Source: Pristiophorus japonicus
Taxonomy: Eukaryota
Reading direction: 5' to 3'
DNA length: 64,000 nt
Assembly: GCF_044704955.1 (NCBI RefSeq)
Contig: NC_091990.1
Span: forward strand, 46,004,001 to 46,068,000
The position numbers and the translations under genes were made by a program. A model generated the notes under the pieces. It saw only the letters and a program-made list of their open reading frames with translations, searched no databases and was not told where the DNA came from. Position 1 is the stretch's first letter; each line of letters opens with the position of its first letter. This document shows, piece by piece, positions 12,908 through 27,099 of the stretch.

Positions 12908-13038
12908 CTCCAGACGCCATCTGGGAGCATTTGCAGCCACATTCATCATTGTCGGCGTCCTTGGTGCTGAATTGTGTACCAGAGGGGCTGAGGCTGCTGG
13001 TTCTCCCGGCTGTTCCACTGTAACCCTTTATGTGGAGC
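12908..13038 (-). CDS. angpt2b: Angiopoietin penultimate coding exon (equivalent to exon 8)
   Basis: Acceptor tctcacag|G at 13038 and donor GGAG|gtaag at 12908; 131 bp. Joins in frame to the 51577 donor (CA|G = Gln), giving QLHIKGYSGTAGRTSSLSPSGTQFSTKDADNDECGCKCSQMASG. Contains the FSTKDxDND and angiopoietin-type CxCKC motifs. Confidence 0.93.
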
Positions 13039-13232
13039 CTGTGAGATAAACAGATAGTAACTGAGAGAATTCCAGCAATCACCAGACTATTCCTCAGCTC
13101 AATAAAAAACTTCCTTCAGGATTTGCGGTTCAACAAATGCTGCAAACAGTGATCTATTATTATGACTTGGCCAAAAGAAAATTGCAAGTTATATATAATT
13201 CACATCCCCATGATTATAATGAGTCAATAATT

Positions 13233-13878
13233 GGGTGAGATTTAGCTGAAAAAATAATAGCATCTGAATGATGCACACCGTTAATAATGTGCAAATCGGC
13301 CAGTAAGTTGTGGTGAGGAAGAGATACCTCATGAAATGTGAATCACCACAAGTTGCTGTGCCATTTGCTACATGAAAATTAGATCTCGCACTTGCCCTCT
13401 ATGATTTTTGTGAATTTGTTGCATTTGCATATTAATTGCCCACTAAACAAGTCATAGAAAGTTAAGTCTAGTAATTAATAGCATAAGTACCCTTTTAATA
13501 ATGTGACAACTGTTAATGATTGCCAATCAACCTCTCTGGCCCAGAAAGTGAACAATTAAAAGTGTGGATTCTCATTCCTTCAGGTTGTGAATTGTTGTTG
13601 AAGATTTTAAAAATGTCAAATTTTAATTTTTTTTCTTATTTTTCTTTACTGTCTCTTTTTCTCATTCTTTTGATCTAATCTTTCTTTCCCTTTCTTTCTG
13701 TACCCGATTTCACATTGAATTTACCCACTTTCTCAGTTCTTTCTCTGTTTATTTCCCAATCCTTTAATCACATTGATTAAGGAGATACACCTTTTGTCCC
13801 ATGGTTCACCAAGGTCCCGGATACCCTGTTGCCTTTGCACTTCCAGCAAATCTAACTAACACCAGCAAAATATGGGCC
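13233..13878. mobile_element. Harbinger-type MITE (same family as 44651-45200, opposite orientation)
   Basis: TIR-like gggtgagatttagctg / cagcaaaatatgggcc; shares the block cgttaataatgtgcaaatcggcca with the reverse complement near 45120. Confidence 0.6.
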
Positions 13879-14699
13879 AATAATTTAGAAGATTATACTT
13901 CTGTGCAGTACTGGGTGAGAATATTCATACACTTGGGTTGTCTGACTAGACCAAAACAAATATAAAAATATTTTCCTCATGTAAACCACATGCAGCAAAC
14001 TAGTTAACCATCACCATGTGCGCTTAAATGTTTAATAATGTGTCACTGAATGTATTATTTTAGATGCGTTTGATAGATTTTTTGTGCAACTTTTCTGTTC
14101 ATCAAGTGAAGGGTTGAAATATTTTATTCCTTTAAAATTAACATAACTTTTTGTACATAATGCTTCCATAGCAAGGAACTACATTGGACTAGAACGTAGC
14201 ATTAGATAGGTATTCTCAATTTACTTTTGGAGAAAGTTTACAGAACTTTTCCTCAATTGATTCAATGGATGTGTAGAGTCCGTGTTCGAGCACACTCTAC
14301 ATCAACTGTGGAAAGATCAAGTTTGATGACTTTTTCTTGTTCCGTTTTGTTTTATGTAACTTCCAATCTCTGATCGGCTCAGATCTTGGTCTATGTCTTG
14401 AATCAGGTTTAGAGATTTAGGCATGAAATGGGCACATAACTTTTCTTATCTAATCCCACCTGGCTAAAATAAAATGTCTGGTGCTCTCCGTGATTTATTC
14501 CTCTCAACTTCCCGCACAATGGTAAATTTCTGGTTTCTAATATGCATTGCTCTGGAAAGGCACAAACTGGAATGCAGAATGCACAAAAGTAGGAATGGCC
14601 ACACCACGCTACTCTTGTGATAAGGTATCAGAAGTTGAGGCTGTGGTGGCAGTGGGGAAGCGTGACATAGTAGGATCAAAAAGGTGACTAACCACTGAC

Positions 14700-15130
14700 T
14701 ATGACAATAAATACAAATCAGATGGTACAAAAGGTGCTCAAGAAACATAGAGCAGAAGGAAAGACGTTGGTATAGCTCTAAATGTCACAAACGCCTGGGG
14801 AGGTTGAGGTAAATCGGGAAACACGAAAAACTACCTAACAAACTGTTCTTTTTATTGTGGAAACTAAAACACTAAGAAAATGCGAGAGACCATCAGATCA
14901 GAATAAGAAAACAACCATTCACTTATGAAGGGATAAGAATGGAATGTGTAAATAGAAAGCTTAAATTTAATGGGAGATTTCAACCTACCGATATAAATTG
15001 GGAATACGCAAGTGATGCAAATGACTGTACATTTGCTTCACGATCCAATGCATCTGAGACATGGAAATGAAAAGATACAGCTCTTATCATGACGTACTAA
15101 TTCAAAGTGACCTAAATAGCAACATACTGG
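14700..15130 (+). mobile_element. Ancient CR1 endonuclease relic
   Basis: atgggagatttcaacctaccgatataaattggg gives MGDFNLP then INW after a frameshift. Confidence 0.5.
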
Positions 15131-15539
15131 AAGGGCAATGAAATCTTACATTTACATAGCGCCTTTAATGTAGAAAAGCATCCTGAGGTGCTTAACGATC
15201 AAGTTCAATATAATTGGGTCCTTAATAACATCTCAGTTGAGAACAAATGAACCACCTTTTAAATTAAATCACTGAGCAATTCGAATGACCAAGCACAGAT
15301 CAAATAAGCACGGTCCTAAATGGGTCGACAGAACAACGTGAATGTAGGAATAAAGCATAACCTACACCTGTTCTGCACAGAAAGTTGCCATATCAGATTA
15401 AAACTGTAGGCATTGACCGTAAAGCTTGGAAAAAATTTGTTGAAGGCTAGGAAGCAGTTAGCACTGGTACAGGGGCCAATGTTAGGTCAGGGAGTGGGTA
15501 AAGACAGATGGAGGAGTTCTGCAGGAAACAATGCTGGTA

Positions 15540-18130
15540 CCCCAATTGTTCTGATTTACGTTCTCATCTACATGCTGCCGCTTGGCGACATCATCCTAAA
15601 ACACAGCGTCAGTTTCCACATGTATGCTGACACCATCCACTTCTATCTCACCACCACTTCTCTCGACCCCTCTATGGTCTCTAAATTGTCAGATTGCTTG
15701 ACCGATATCCAGTTGTGGATAAACAGAAGTTTTCTCCAATTAATTATTGGGAAGACCAAAGCCATTGCGAGGGGAGAATTTTTCGGGGGATCAGCGGAGC
15801 GCATTTGGTGACGGGTCGAGTGGGAAATTTGTTGTTTTTTTGACAGCAGGTTGAGACCCTGCTGTCAATCCACCCCCACGCTACTTTCCCAGATGTGAGG
15901 TCTGTCAGGGCTGAACAGACCCAACATGCAATGACGGGGAGGCAATTTAGATCATTAGGACCTTGATAACAGCCCTTTAAACAGTATTTTGAACTCACCG
16001 TAACATTTTACAAGGTTGTACACAGGGTTTACGCTGCTCGGGGATCACATCAGTTAAAAACATCGGGAGTTGTGCGACCATGAATTTATTTTCTTGACAG
16101 CTGCAAATGTGCTACAAAAGCTCCCATCTTACAGTTGTTTCCAAGATCAAAAGCTGTAGCTTACTACATTTAAAAGACAGATTGGGCTTTATACAGGTTA
16201 CAAGTGCTTGGAACAATCTGTCTATCCAGTGTCACCTCATTGGAAAAACCTCTCTCACCATTGACAGATCACTTCTGTCGCTTGAAGTTCACCTGCCATC
16301 TATTGCATTCGCATCAGTACCCTTGAAACTATCTCACCTTGGCCCTCAGAATCCCACCATGATCAGTCCCAGCACCAGCAGCACCAACAACAACATCAAC
16401 CTTCTCCACTATCAACTGATGCTGCTCAGGACACAGGGCATCAGCACCTGACCACAATGCTGCCCAGGAGGCCAGGGTTGGCCTCACCGTGGCCAGATTT
16501 ACTTCACGTGATGCTGTACACCATGGCTGCCACATAATGCGTCAATTTAACACCACCCCACACCAGCACTATAAAGCATCCCTACAATGCCCAAGCCATT
16601 CCTTTCACACTCATCACCATTGCGGGGGGGTACCGTTATGTCTCACCATTCACTACAACTCACTAAGCCAAAGGTGCACACAAATGTGTCCAAGAACACA
16701 AAGTATGAAAATACAGATTTCAATGTTTGACAGCACATTAACAGAAACTTTACATGAACATAAGCGAAAACACCCAAGTGCCTACCCTTGTGTGTTGTTA
16801 GTTGGTATGATTGGACTAGGGTGAATGTGAGGAGTGGTTAGTGAGATGGGGAAGTGATAATGTAGACACAGTGGGATGGGTGGAAGTGCAAGGTAAGTTG
16901 GTGTGAGTAAGGATGTATAGGAGTAGGGTAGGGAAGGCAGAGTGATGGGGATGTAGTGAATGGCATAGCAGGATGAGGTTGAGTGTGGCTTTACAGTAAT
17001 GTTTCATGATCTACTGAGATCATTGAAAGGTTTGTGCCACTTCAGCCTGGTCCTTCTGACCACATTCCTGCTTGTGCCCTCCTGTGCAATGTGCAACCAG
17101 GCTGCGTTGATCTCCTTGGGAGGTCTTTTCTGCCCAATGGAAGGGAAGAGAAACTCCCTGTGTGCTGTGACTCATGGGAGAGCCTGGGTGCAGTGGTTGT
17201 CAGTGCGTGCAGCACCTCAATGCTGTAGAATACTGACAGCACAACTGTCAAAATAAATTTGCGCACGGTCCCTTTAAGGAAACTGGCTGATGACATGTCA
17301 TGAAGTGACATCATCAGACCCGCTTCCTTCAATTGGCTGGAAAATGCACTGGGCAGGCTTAAGAAGTCCAGTCATGATAAAATCATTTCACAGAGTGGAC
17401 TGGAGCCTGCAGCAAAGTCGGGACCCGCCACCAATCCCGGCCGCACCGGATCCATATCTGCAGCATGTGGTCGGAAGCTCATTCAAGATCACCTATTTAC
17501 ACCTCCGTAACTTTGCCCGTCTCCGCCCTTGCCTCAGCTCATCCGCTGCTGAAACCCTCATCTATGTCTTTGTTACCTCTAGGCTTGAATATTCCAACGC
17601 ATTCCTGCGTTCTATCCTATGTAAATTTGAGGTTATCCAAAACTTGGCAGCCCTTATCCTAACTTGCATCCACATCCCGTTCACCCATCACCATGTGCTC
17701 GCTGACCTACATTGGCTTCCGATTTAGCAACGCCTCAATTTCAAAATTTTCATCCTTGCTTTCAAATCCCTCCATGGCCTCCCTATCTCTGTAATCTCCT
17801 CTAGCCCCACAACCCCCCCAAGACAGCTGCGCTCCTCCAACTCTGCCTTCTTGAGCATCTCTGATTATAGTCGCTCAACAATCGGTGGCCGTGCCTTCTG
17901 TTGCCTAGGCTCTAAGCTCTGGAATTCCCTCCCCAAACCTCTCTGCCTCCCAACCTCTCTTTCCTCCTTTAAGATGCTCCTTAAAACCTACCTCTTTGAC
18001 TAAGCTTTTGGTCACCTGCTCTAATTTCTTCTCATATGGTTTGATGTCAAATTTTTTATCTTATAATACTCCTGTGATGCGGCATAGGGATGTTTTACTG
18101 CGTTAAAGCACTATATAAATACAAGATTCT
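15540..18130 (+). mobile_element. L2 LINE 3' part, split by a Harbinger insertion (15771 to about 17460)
   Basis: RT segment SFHMYADT..YL..LSDCLTDIQLW..LQL..GKTKAI lies before the insert; HLRNFARLRPCLSSSAAETLI..VTSRLEYSNA and the tail gcactatataaatacaag lie after it. Confidence 0.85.
15771..17460 (-). mobile_element. Internally deleted Harbinger with Myb/SANT relic
   Basis: Minus strand at about 17005-17160 reads REFLFPSIGQKRPPKEINAAWLHIAQEGTSRNVVRRTRLKWHKPFNDLSRS; left end ggggagaattttt. Confidence 0.7.
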
Positions 18131-21100
18131 GTTGTTATTGATGACTTGGATTCAGCAAAGCAGTGCAAACTGGTCAAATCCACAGATGGTGAGTGAGTTT
18201 GCGGGAGGGGTGGTGGTGGGTTTGCAAAGTCAGCCCAAGGCCTGAAAAGTGAGTGAGATCAGTCTGAGTGATCCGAACAGTGGCATACGAAGTTCAAAAC
18301 TCTGAAATATAAGATACTGCACATTGGAACAAGTGATAGGATATAAATACTCTTGTGAATGGTGTGAAAATATCTGAGTGTGAAGTTGAAAGAAATCCAG
18401 GATTGGGATTTATCACGTCCAGTCACTGGGAAGCAGCAACCAAAGAAAATAGAACGCAGAAATATATTGCTCAGTCATTCGGTCAACATTGAACAATGTT
18501 GTGCTGAATTTGTACAGTGCCCGGGAAAAACTGTGGCAGATGGGAATGTGAGGTCATCCACTTTGGTCCCCAAAAAGATAGACCAGAGTATTTTCTAAAT
18601 GGCAGAGCTAAGAACTGTGGAGGAGCAGAGAGATTTAGGGGCTTATGTACGAAAATCATTAGCTAGCAGACAGGTACAAAATTAATTTAAAAGATTAATG
18701 TAATGTTAGCCTTTATCTCAAGAGGTCTGGTATACAAAGGAGTCGAAGTTATGCTATAATTGTATAAAGCTCTGGTTAGATAGCATCAGGGGTTACTGCG
18801 TTCAGTTCTGGGCACGCACCTCAGGGCTTGGAGTGGATGCAGTGCAGATCACCATAATTATAGTATGTCTAAACGGGTTAAGTTATGAGGACAGGCTGAA
18901 TATATTATGCTTGTATTCCCTTCCCAAGGCTGGGAATTCAACATCCAAGGGTATTCAGCATTTAGGAAGGATAGACAGAAAGGAAAAGGAGGCGGGATGG
19001 CGTTGCTGGTTAAAGAAGAAATCAATGCAATTATAAGAAAGGACATTAGCCTGGATGATGTGGAATTGGTATGGGTGGAGCTACGGAATTCCAAAGGGCA
19101 GAAAACGCTAGTGGGAGTTGTGTATAGACCACCAAATAGTAATAGTGAGGTTTGGGACAGCATCAAACAAGAAATAAGGGATGTGTGCAATGAAGGTACA
19201 GCAGTAATCATGGGCAACTTTAATCTGCATATTGATTGGGCTAACCTAACTGGTAGCAATGCGGTGGAGTAGGATTTCCTGGAGTGTATTAGGGATGGTT
19301 TTCGAGACCAATATGTCGAAGAACCAACCAGGGAGCTGGCCATCCTAGACTGGTGATGTGTAATGAGAAAGGACTAATTAGCCATCTTGTTGTGCGAGGC
19401 CCCTTGGGGAAAAGTGACCATACTATGGTAGAATTCCTTATTAAGATGGAGAGTGACAAAGTTAATTCGGAAACTGGGGTCCTGACCTTAAGGAAAGGTA
19501 ACTTCGACGGTATGAGGCATGAATTGGCTAGAATAGACTGGCAAAGGATACTCAAAGGGTTGATGGTGAATAAGCAGTGGCAAACATTTAAAGATCACAT
19601 GGATGAACTTCAGCAATTGTTCATCCCTGTCTGGAGTAAAAATAAAACTGGGAAGGTGGCTCAACCATGGCGAACAAAGGAAATTAAGGATCGTGTTAAA
19701 GCCAAGGAAGAGGCATATAAATTGGCTGGAAAAAGCAACAAACCTGAGGACTTGGAGAAATTTAGAATTCAACAGAGGAGGTCTAAGGGTTTAATTAGGA
19801 GGGAGAAAATAGAGTATGAGAGGAAGCTTGCAGGGAATATAAAAACTGACTGCAAAAGCTTCTATAAATATGTGAAGAGAAAAAGATTAGTAAAGACAAA
19901 CGTAGGTCCCTTGCAGTCGGATTCAGGTGAATTTATAATGGGGAACAAAGAAATGGCAGACTAATTGAACCAATACTTCGGTTCTGTCTTCACGAAGGAA
20001 GATACAAATAATCTTCCGAAGGTACTAGGGGACAGTGGGTCTAATGAGAAGGAGGAACTGAAGGATATCCTTATTAGGCGGGAAATTGTGTTAAGGAAAA
20101 TTGATGGGATTGAAGTCCGATAAATCCCCGGGGCCTGATAGTCTGCATCCCAGAGTACTCAAGGAAGTGGCCCTAGAAATAGTGGATGCATTGGTGATCA
20201 TTTTCCAACAGTCTATCAACTCTGGATCAGTTCCTATGGACTGGAGGGTAGCTAATGTAACACCACTTTTTAAAAAAGGAGGGAGAGAGAAAATGGGTAA
20301 TTATATACCGGTTAGCCTGACATCAGTAGTGGGGAAAATGTTGGAATCAATCATTAAGGATGAAATAGCAGCGCATTTGGAAAGCAGTGACAGGATCAGA
20401 CCAAGTCAGCATGGATTTATGAAAGGGAAATCATGCTTGACGAATCTTCTGGAATTTTTTGAGGATGTAACTAGCAGAGTGGACAAGGGAGAACCAGTGG
20501 ATTTGGTGTATTTGGACTTTCAAAAGGCTTTTGACAAGGTCCCGCACAAGAGATTGGTGTGCAAAATCAAAGCACATGGTATGGGAGTAATATACTGACA
20601 TGGATAGGGAACTGGTTGGCACTCAGGAAGCAGAGAGTCGGGATAAACGGGTCCTTTTCGGAATGGCAGGCAGTGATTAGTGGAGTGCCACAAGGCTCAG
20701 TGCTGGGACCCCAGTTCTTTACAATGTACATAACGATTTAGAAGGAATAGAGTGTAATATCTCCAAGTTTGCGGATGACACTAAACTGGGTGGCGGTGTG
20801 AGCTGTGAGGAGGATGCTAAGAGGCTGCAGGGTGACTTGGACAGGTTAGGTGAGTGGGCAAATACATGGCAGATGCAGTATAATGTGGATAAATGTGAGG
20901 TTATCCATTTTGGGCGCAAAAACACGAAGGCAGAATATTATCTGAATGGTGGCAGACCAGAAAAAGGGAGGTGCAACGAGATCTAGATGTCATGGTTCAT
21001 CAGTCACTGAAAGTGGGCTCGCAGGTACAGCAGGCGGTAAAGAAGGCAAATGGTATGTTGGCGTTCATAGCCAGGGGATTTGAATATAGAAGCAGGGAGG

Positions 21101-22085
21101 TCTTAATGAAGCTGTACAGGGCCTTAGTGAGGTCTCACCTGGAATATTGTGTTCAGTTTTGGTCTTCTAGTCTGAGGAAGGACATTCTTGCTATTGAGGG
21201 AGTGCAGCGAAGGTTCACCAGACTGATTCCGGGGATGCTGGGCTGTCATATGAGGAGAGACTGGATCAACTGGGTCTTTATTCACTGGAGTTTAGAAGGA
21301 TGAGAGGGGATCTCATAGAAACGTATAAGATTCTGACTGGACTGGACAGATTCGATGCGGGAAGAATGTTCCCGATGTTGGGGAAGTCCAGAACCAGAGG
21401 ATATAGTCTTAGGATAAGGGGTAGGCCACTTAGGACTGAGATGAGGAGAAACTTCTTCACTCAGAGAGTTGTTAACCTGTGGAATTTCCTGCCGCAGAGA
21501 GTTGTTGATGCCAGTTCACTGGATATATTCAAGAGGGAGTTAGATATGGCCCTTACGGTTAAGGGGATAAAGGGGTACGGAGAGAAAGCAGGAAAGGGGT
21601 ACTGAAGGAATGATCAGCCATGATCTTATTGAATGGCGGTGCAGGCTCGAAGGGCCGAATGGCCGACTGCTGCACCTTTTTTCTATGTTTCTATGTTTAG
21701 TAGACTAACAGGTGATCTAATTGAGTTGTTTATGATGATTAAAGGATTTGATAGTTTAGGATAGATGGAAAGAAACTATTTAGACTGGTGAGGGGAGTCC
21801 AGAACAAGGGGGCCTAACCTTAAAATTAGAGTGAGGCTTTGAGGGCTGGTAACAGGAAGCATTTCTTTGCATAAAGTGTGGTGGAAATCTGGAACTCCCT
21901 CAAAGGTGTTAAGGCGAAGTCAATTGACATTTTCAAAATTGAGGTTAATAGATTTTTGTTAGGTAAGGGTATTAAGGAATATGGAACTAAGATAGGTAGA
22001 TGGAGTTGAGATACAGATCAGCTATGATCTAATCGAATGGTGGAAGAGGCTTGAGGGGCCAAATGGCCGACTCCTGTTCCTATGG
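18130..22085 (+). mobile_element. Old CR1 3' region hosting the young CR1 at 18924-21698
   Basis: LSYEDRLNILCLYSL ends at the insertion and resumes as FSRLTGDLIE; a CR1 3' UTR is present at about 22010-22085. Confidence 0.75.
18924..21698 (+). mobile_element. Young CR1 (HER1-like) LINE, ORF2 endonuclease plus RT, disrupted
   Basis: Motifs GVVYRPP, GNFN, LGKSDH, PVSLTSVVGKMLESII, DFQKAFDKVPH, GVPQGSVLGP and FADD; several stops and frameshifts; ttctatgtttctatg tail. Confidence 0.95.
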
Positions 22086-23296
22086 CCAGGTTGTATCTTG
22101 AGTAAGTGCCCAGTTGTGTTCACTGAGACACAAGATTTGAGATATTCAAGGTGTGGAGGTGGCTGAGACAACAGGCACCAGGCTGATTTCTAGCTTCTAT
22201 ATTTATGTAAACTCTAGTACTGGATCTGAATTTCCTTTACCCACTATTGCCAGCACCTCCTCCACACCCCCGCACCCCTTCCCCGCACTACACATCAGTT
22301 TTAACCTATTGTACTGTCATGGTTTTACTTTTACTACTGTCTTGGATTAAATTTTTCTGTGGCCTTTATTACCTTCTGCATTTCAAAGTCATGTACTTAT
22401 TAGTCATCTCCTTTCAAGGATGAAGAGCCCACATTTCTACAATCTACTAATGACTCTGTCTTCTGAAGCTAACAATCTAGTAGGTAAAGGAAATTTAGAT
22501 CCGGTGCTAGAGTTTACATGAATATGGAAATGCATTTATAAACCCAGTGAAGTTCAGCGAATATGCCATATTAGCCATATTAGGTCCTTGAGAATCAGGC
22601 AGATTCTATAATCAGCAGCCAGTTTTATACCTGGGCTGCAAGTTGAAAATCTTCCCCAGTAATGTTTCTGTGTCTGCGCCACCTGTAGAAATGTTTTATT
22701 CATAATTATATGTATAAAAGAGAAGTAATTGGATGGTGAATCTGTTCAAAAATGTTGTAATTGCTTGATTTTAAAAAGGGATCATTTGTGAAATGTGGCC
22801 CTGTTACAGACAATTTTTAAATGGAAACGCATTTCATCATTTAAATAAAATGAAACCCATGAGCTACTTAGTACTGAAATGGTTAATATAGTTACAGTTA
22901 ATTAAACCTCTCCATCTGGTGAGGAGAAAAATACAAGTCATTTAATGTTATACAGAAACTGGCATATGGTAACAAAATATCGTTCTGATTCGTACAGGTC
23001 CTGTCTCACCTATTAATAACAAAGTGACACAAAACACATTAATAAATCATTGGAATGTCACTTGTTACACTGCTTTGTTCTGACAAATTTAGGATTACTG
23101 CTCTGGCCTGCCAGAATGTCTGAAAGAAAATAAACTCTTGCTTCTGCACGTAGTTGATTGTATGATCGAAGCTAATGACTGAACATCTCCTTCTAACAGG
23201 TCCCAACTGTTTTCCCCTACTCGCCCATGTTATGCATTAACACACAATGAATTGTATGTATTAATTACTTGTGTGAAAAGATGTTGAGTAGATATA

Positions 23297-23865
23297 GGGG
23301 CCGAAATTTGTGGCCTTACCGTCCACTGCCACTGACTGCTGCCGAGATCTGCCGACATTCCTCTCTGGGTTACGCTCTGTGCCAATTTGCACTTGGGCTG
23401 GAGCGGGCGGCAAGGGAGAAACACCGGGACCGCCCGCTGATGTCAGCGCAGGGCCAAATGGCGCAAGTGACCTCCCGCCCGCCAAAATGCCAGATTGGTT
23501 CAGGCGGGAGTCGGCGCCAGCAGAGTGAAGGACCGCCACGAGGAGGCTGGTCTAACCCCCAAGGTAAGTTTAAAAAAAACTGAAAAAAAAGGTTAGTGAA
23601 CTTTTTAAATACATTTTTTTCACGCCGCCTTACCTTAATGAGTTCCCCTTAATGAGGTCTTCTGGGTAATTTTTTTTCCAGTCATTTTTATTTGAACGTC
23701 TTCGAACCTCCATGGGCCCGACTCCATCCTTTGCTGCCGCCGGCCCAACTTTTAAATTATTTTTCATCAATTTCCCGCCCAACGTGCCACCCGGTATTGC
23801 AGCGGCCATCGGCGACCTTTTGGGTGGCACTTGGGCAGGACTTGGCCTTCACCAAGTTCGGACCC
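23297..23865. mobile_element. Harbinger-type MITE
   Basis: TIRs ggggccgaaattt / aagttcggaccc; TSD ATA on both sides. Confidence 0.8.
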
Positions 23866-25864
23866 ATAATGTTTTGTCAGCTGTGAAACAGATGCAGTGC
23901 TCAGTGCCATAGATCGGGTGCATTTATTAACACACCAAGAATGATGCACACGCACCTGCTGGAGTGACATGAAGGGTTCTGCAGCTTCCTCATTCTACTT
24001 CCTTTCAAATAGACATAAAATGGAATATACCTATTCATATTTTTATTTTACCTTTCTACTCCACACATAAACGGAGTGCTACCGAATACCTACCATGCTA
24101 GAGTATGAGACTGCCATCTCAGTGACTCAAGGTTGAATCCAATTTGCCATACGACCAGAAAGGTGAGTTTTGTACATTTCACCTGGATCATTAACGGGTG
24201 GCTGTGGAAAGCCAAAGAATATGAGGGAGCGTTGCTTCCCATACCATTCAACCTTGCAAGTTAGTGAAACAGCAGCACTGACTGTAAGTGTGAAGATAAT
24301 CAAAGGCTTGACTATCCAATTTAGGACTGCAGAGATTCAAAGGGCCCATCTTTCAAACCCACCAATCAATATGTAGGTGAAATGGTCAACTTCTTTCAAC
24401 CCATGAGGGCAATATTGACATCTGCAATATGAAGGGTGGGGGAGGGACGAGGAAAGGGCATGAACATCACCTAACACAGGAAATTCATGTAGGTAAAGAG
24501 CTTAACTGAAGATAGGATAAGAAAATTGGGGTAAATGAAACTGAAAATAGTTCAAATGGAATCTATTGAGCATATATTCTCTCTTGTCGATACACATTCC
24601 TGGAATGTAACTTAGCAAATCACTACAACTGACAAAGTTGTTGCAGACTCAGGGTGCACAGTGCACCCACCCCATCATCGTACAATTCTGCTCCAACAGT
24701 GCTGGAGTGATGGGGTGTGAATTGACTTCATAACTGTACAAACTGCACCGCGAGTCTGTGATCTCGGCCAGGGAATCTGGATTCTGCAGAAGGGAATTGC
24801 AGCTGTTGATGAGACGTGAATGACTCCTCTACGTGGATGAAAGGGAAAATGCTGGACTACCTGCTCCCTCTTCCAAGCAAGTGTGTGAGGAGCAGCATGG
24901 GCTGAAGTTTACAAGTAAGTCAGAGAATAAAGCAAATACAAAAAAAGGAACAGCAATTCTGAAAACAGTTTAACCGCACTATCAAACGGGTCATGACAAA
25001 AATCAATACCTCCAGGGTAATTTTGAGAAAACTGCTATAGTAATTAAATCTTTAATCAGTTTAGCACAACTTAAAATAATTACTTCTCTGATATATTATT
25101 CAACATGTACTTTTTGCAATACATACTGCAGAGTCTGACTACAAAATGTACTTATTCACGATGATGACATAGGTAGTAATTATTAGTACCAGGTAACTAA
25201 CCGTTAATGATCACTAGATAAAACATATGATTATCATGCCATTTTTGTTAATCCTGCTGTGTGGATTTCATCATACATCAATAGCAGGCCAAAGACTGAA
25301 TTAAACAACTCCTAAAGTAAATTGAATACATTATAAAGGGAGATCCCTGCAGCGATTTCAAGGTTATCTCAGCGTATATTACATCTAAAAGTCGTTAATA
25401 AGATTAGTGCTCTGTAGATTACTGATTTGCAATCATTCCCATGCAATCGTTATTGTCTGTTTTCATTTCAGCAGAAAATTGCATGTCCTACATAAAAGCG
25501 AAAAGTTATGTTCTGGTTCCCACCTGGCAAAATCATGCAAGCATAACAATAATTATATATATATATATATATATTTGTTACAATCCAGCTGAAAGTTCCA
25601 CAGGAGCATAACTGAAACCCTTTGGTTAACAGTTAGATTGGATCAGCAAGGCATTTGTTCCAAAATCTGACAAATGAATTAAAACAATCTCTTACTGCGC
25701 ATTTAATCTGTTGTAGGCCAAGGCAGATTGAGGAGAGCTTTTTTTGCTCTTGGGTAGTCTCGTCACATAACTCCCCCAACCTCTGCAGATCAGCATCTCC
25801 TTGTGCCACTCACTGGTGGTTACTGGGACGGTGCTGCCCCATGAAAGCACAGTTCAGCTCAGGA

Positions 25865-26450
25865 GGGCTGGGTTTTCTGGTGATGTGCACTTTGGTTTCC
25901 ACCCCAGAGGGATAGTAATGTCAGTGGTGAGCTCCTCTGGGTGGGCGGTGAGCTTCCAGTGCCTCGCGGGAGGTTTTGGGGCCGGTTTTGCGGGGGCGCA
26001 GAGCAGCACCGCCCAGAAGAGTTGAGCCAGTGTGCGATGCCCTGGTTGCGACACCGGCTCGATTTTTGACTCCTGTCCGACCCGTACACCCCGCAGCAAG
26101 CCCTGCTGGGACCGTCTATGAAACCGGGCGGTCCAACCTATACTGACTGCTTTGAGGTAAGTAATATCTACCTCAGGTAAATGATTGTTTTTTCTTTTTT
26201 TCTTTTTGCAATTTATGTTGTGTTTTATTTAAATATTTCTTTCTCCCCAGGCCTTTCTCAGAGCGCTCCGGTGCCGGCTGTTTAGCTCGGGATTTTCGCA
26301 TTCTCAGCCAGCCTAGCACCCTAACAGAGATGTACAATGCCTCCCTCAGCTGCTGAATTTTGCTGACTGAGGCGCAAATTGTTCCCGGGCGCAAACTTTA
26401 TCGCCCCACCGCCATTACCGCCCCGAAATCAGCAAAGCTAAAAATCCAAA
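25865..26450. mobile_element. Harbinger-type MITE
   Basis: Ends gggctgggtttt ... aaaatcc; CpG-rich; reverse-complement similarity to 30864-31430. Confidence 0.65.
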
Positions 26451-26511
26451 CAGTCAATGTGTTGTAAGAAATGGGTTTCCAAGTTGTTTTGTTTTTCTAA
26501 TAGCAGACGTT

Positions 26512-27099
26512 GGACTGGATTTTCGGGTGCTTTGTGACTGGGTTTTCACCGCGTTTTGACCGTCCTCGGCGATAACCCAGTTGCAAAGCCTGGTCGTGAT
26601 CCTCGGCTCCTTTTTTGTGATGGCACTTGGAAGCACCGCTGGGGAGAGCTGCGCTGGACGTGTAACGATGCGGATTGTGTTACCGTCCGAGTTTCGGCAC
26701 TTAGCTGACCCATACGCCGCTACCCGAACACCGACAGGTAAAACCTAGCGGTGCAGCCCTGCCAGCAGCAGTAAGTTGGAAAACCTGCAAAAAACGTAAG
26801 TTAACATATTTTTTTTGCAGCGATTTGTCAGCTAAGGGTCTTGGTAATGTTTTTTGAATATTTTTTGAATTTTTATTCCCCCCCAACCAAGGCCTCTCTC
26901 GCAGCGCTCCCAGCCCCACACTAACGTTGGCGACGATCGCGTTTTGCGCTGCGAATAATTGTGCAACGCCTCCCTTTGCAATGCGCCCAGACCCCAAAGG
27001 CCGAAAGTTAGGCCTTAAATCGGTAGTGCAGCGAAAACGATGATTTTCACGTATCGCTTACGTTTTCGCCCAAAAACTAAGAAACCCGAAAATCCAGCA
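26512..27099. mobile_element. Harbinger-type MITE (family of 36070-36669)
   Basis: TIRs ggactggattttcggg / cccgaaaatccagc; internal blocks shared with the 36070 copy. Confidence 0.8.
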
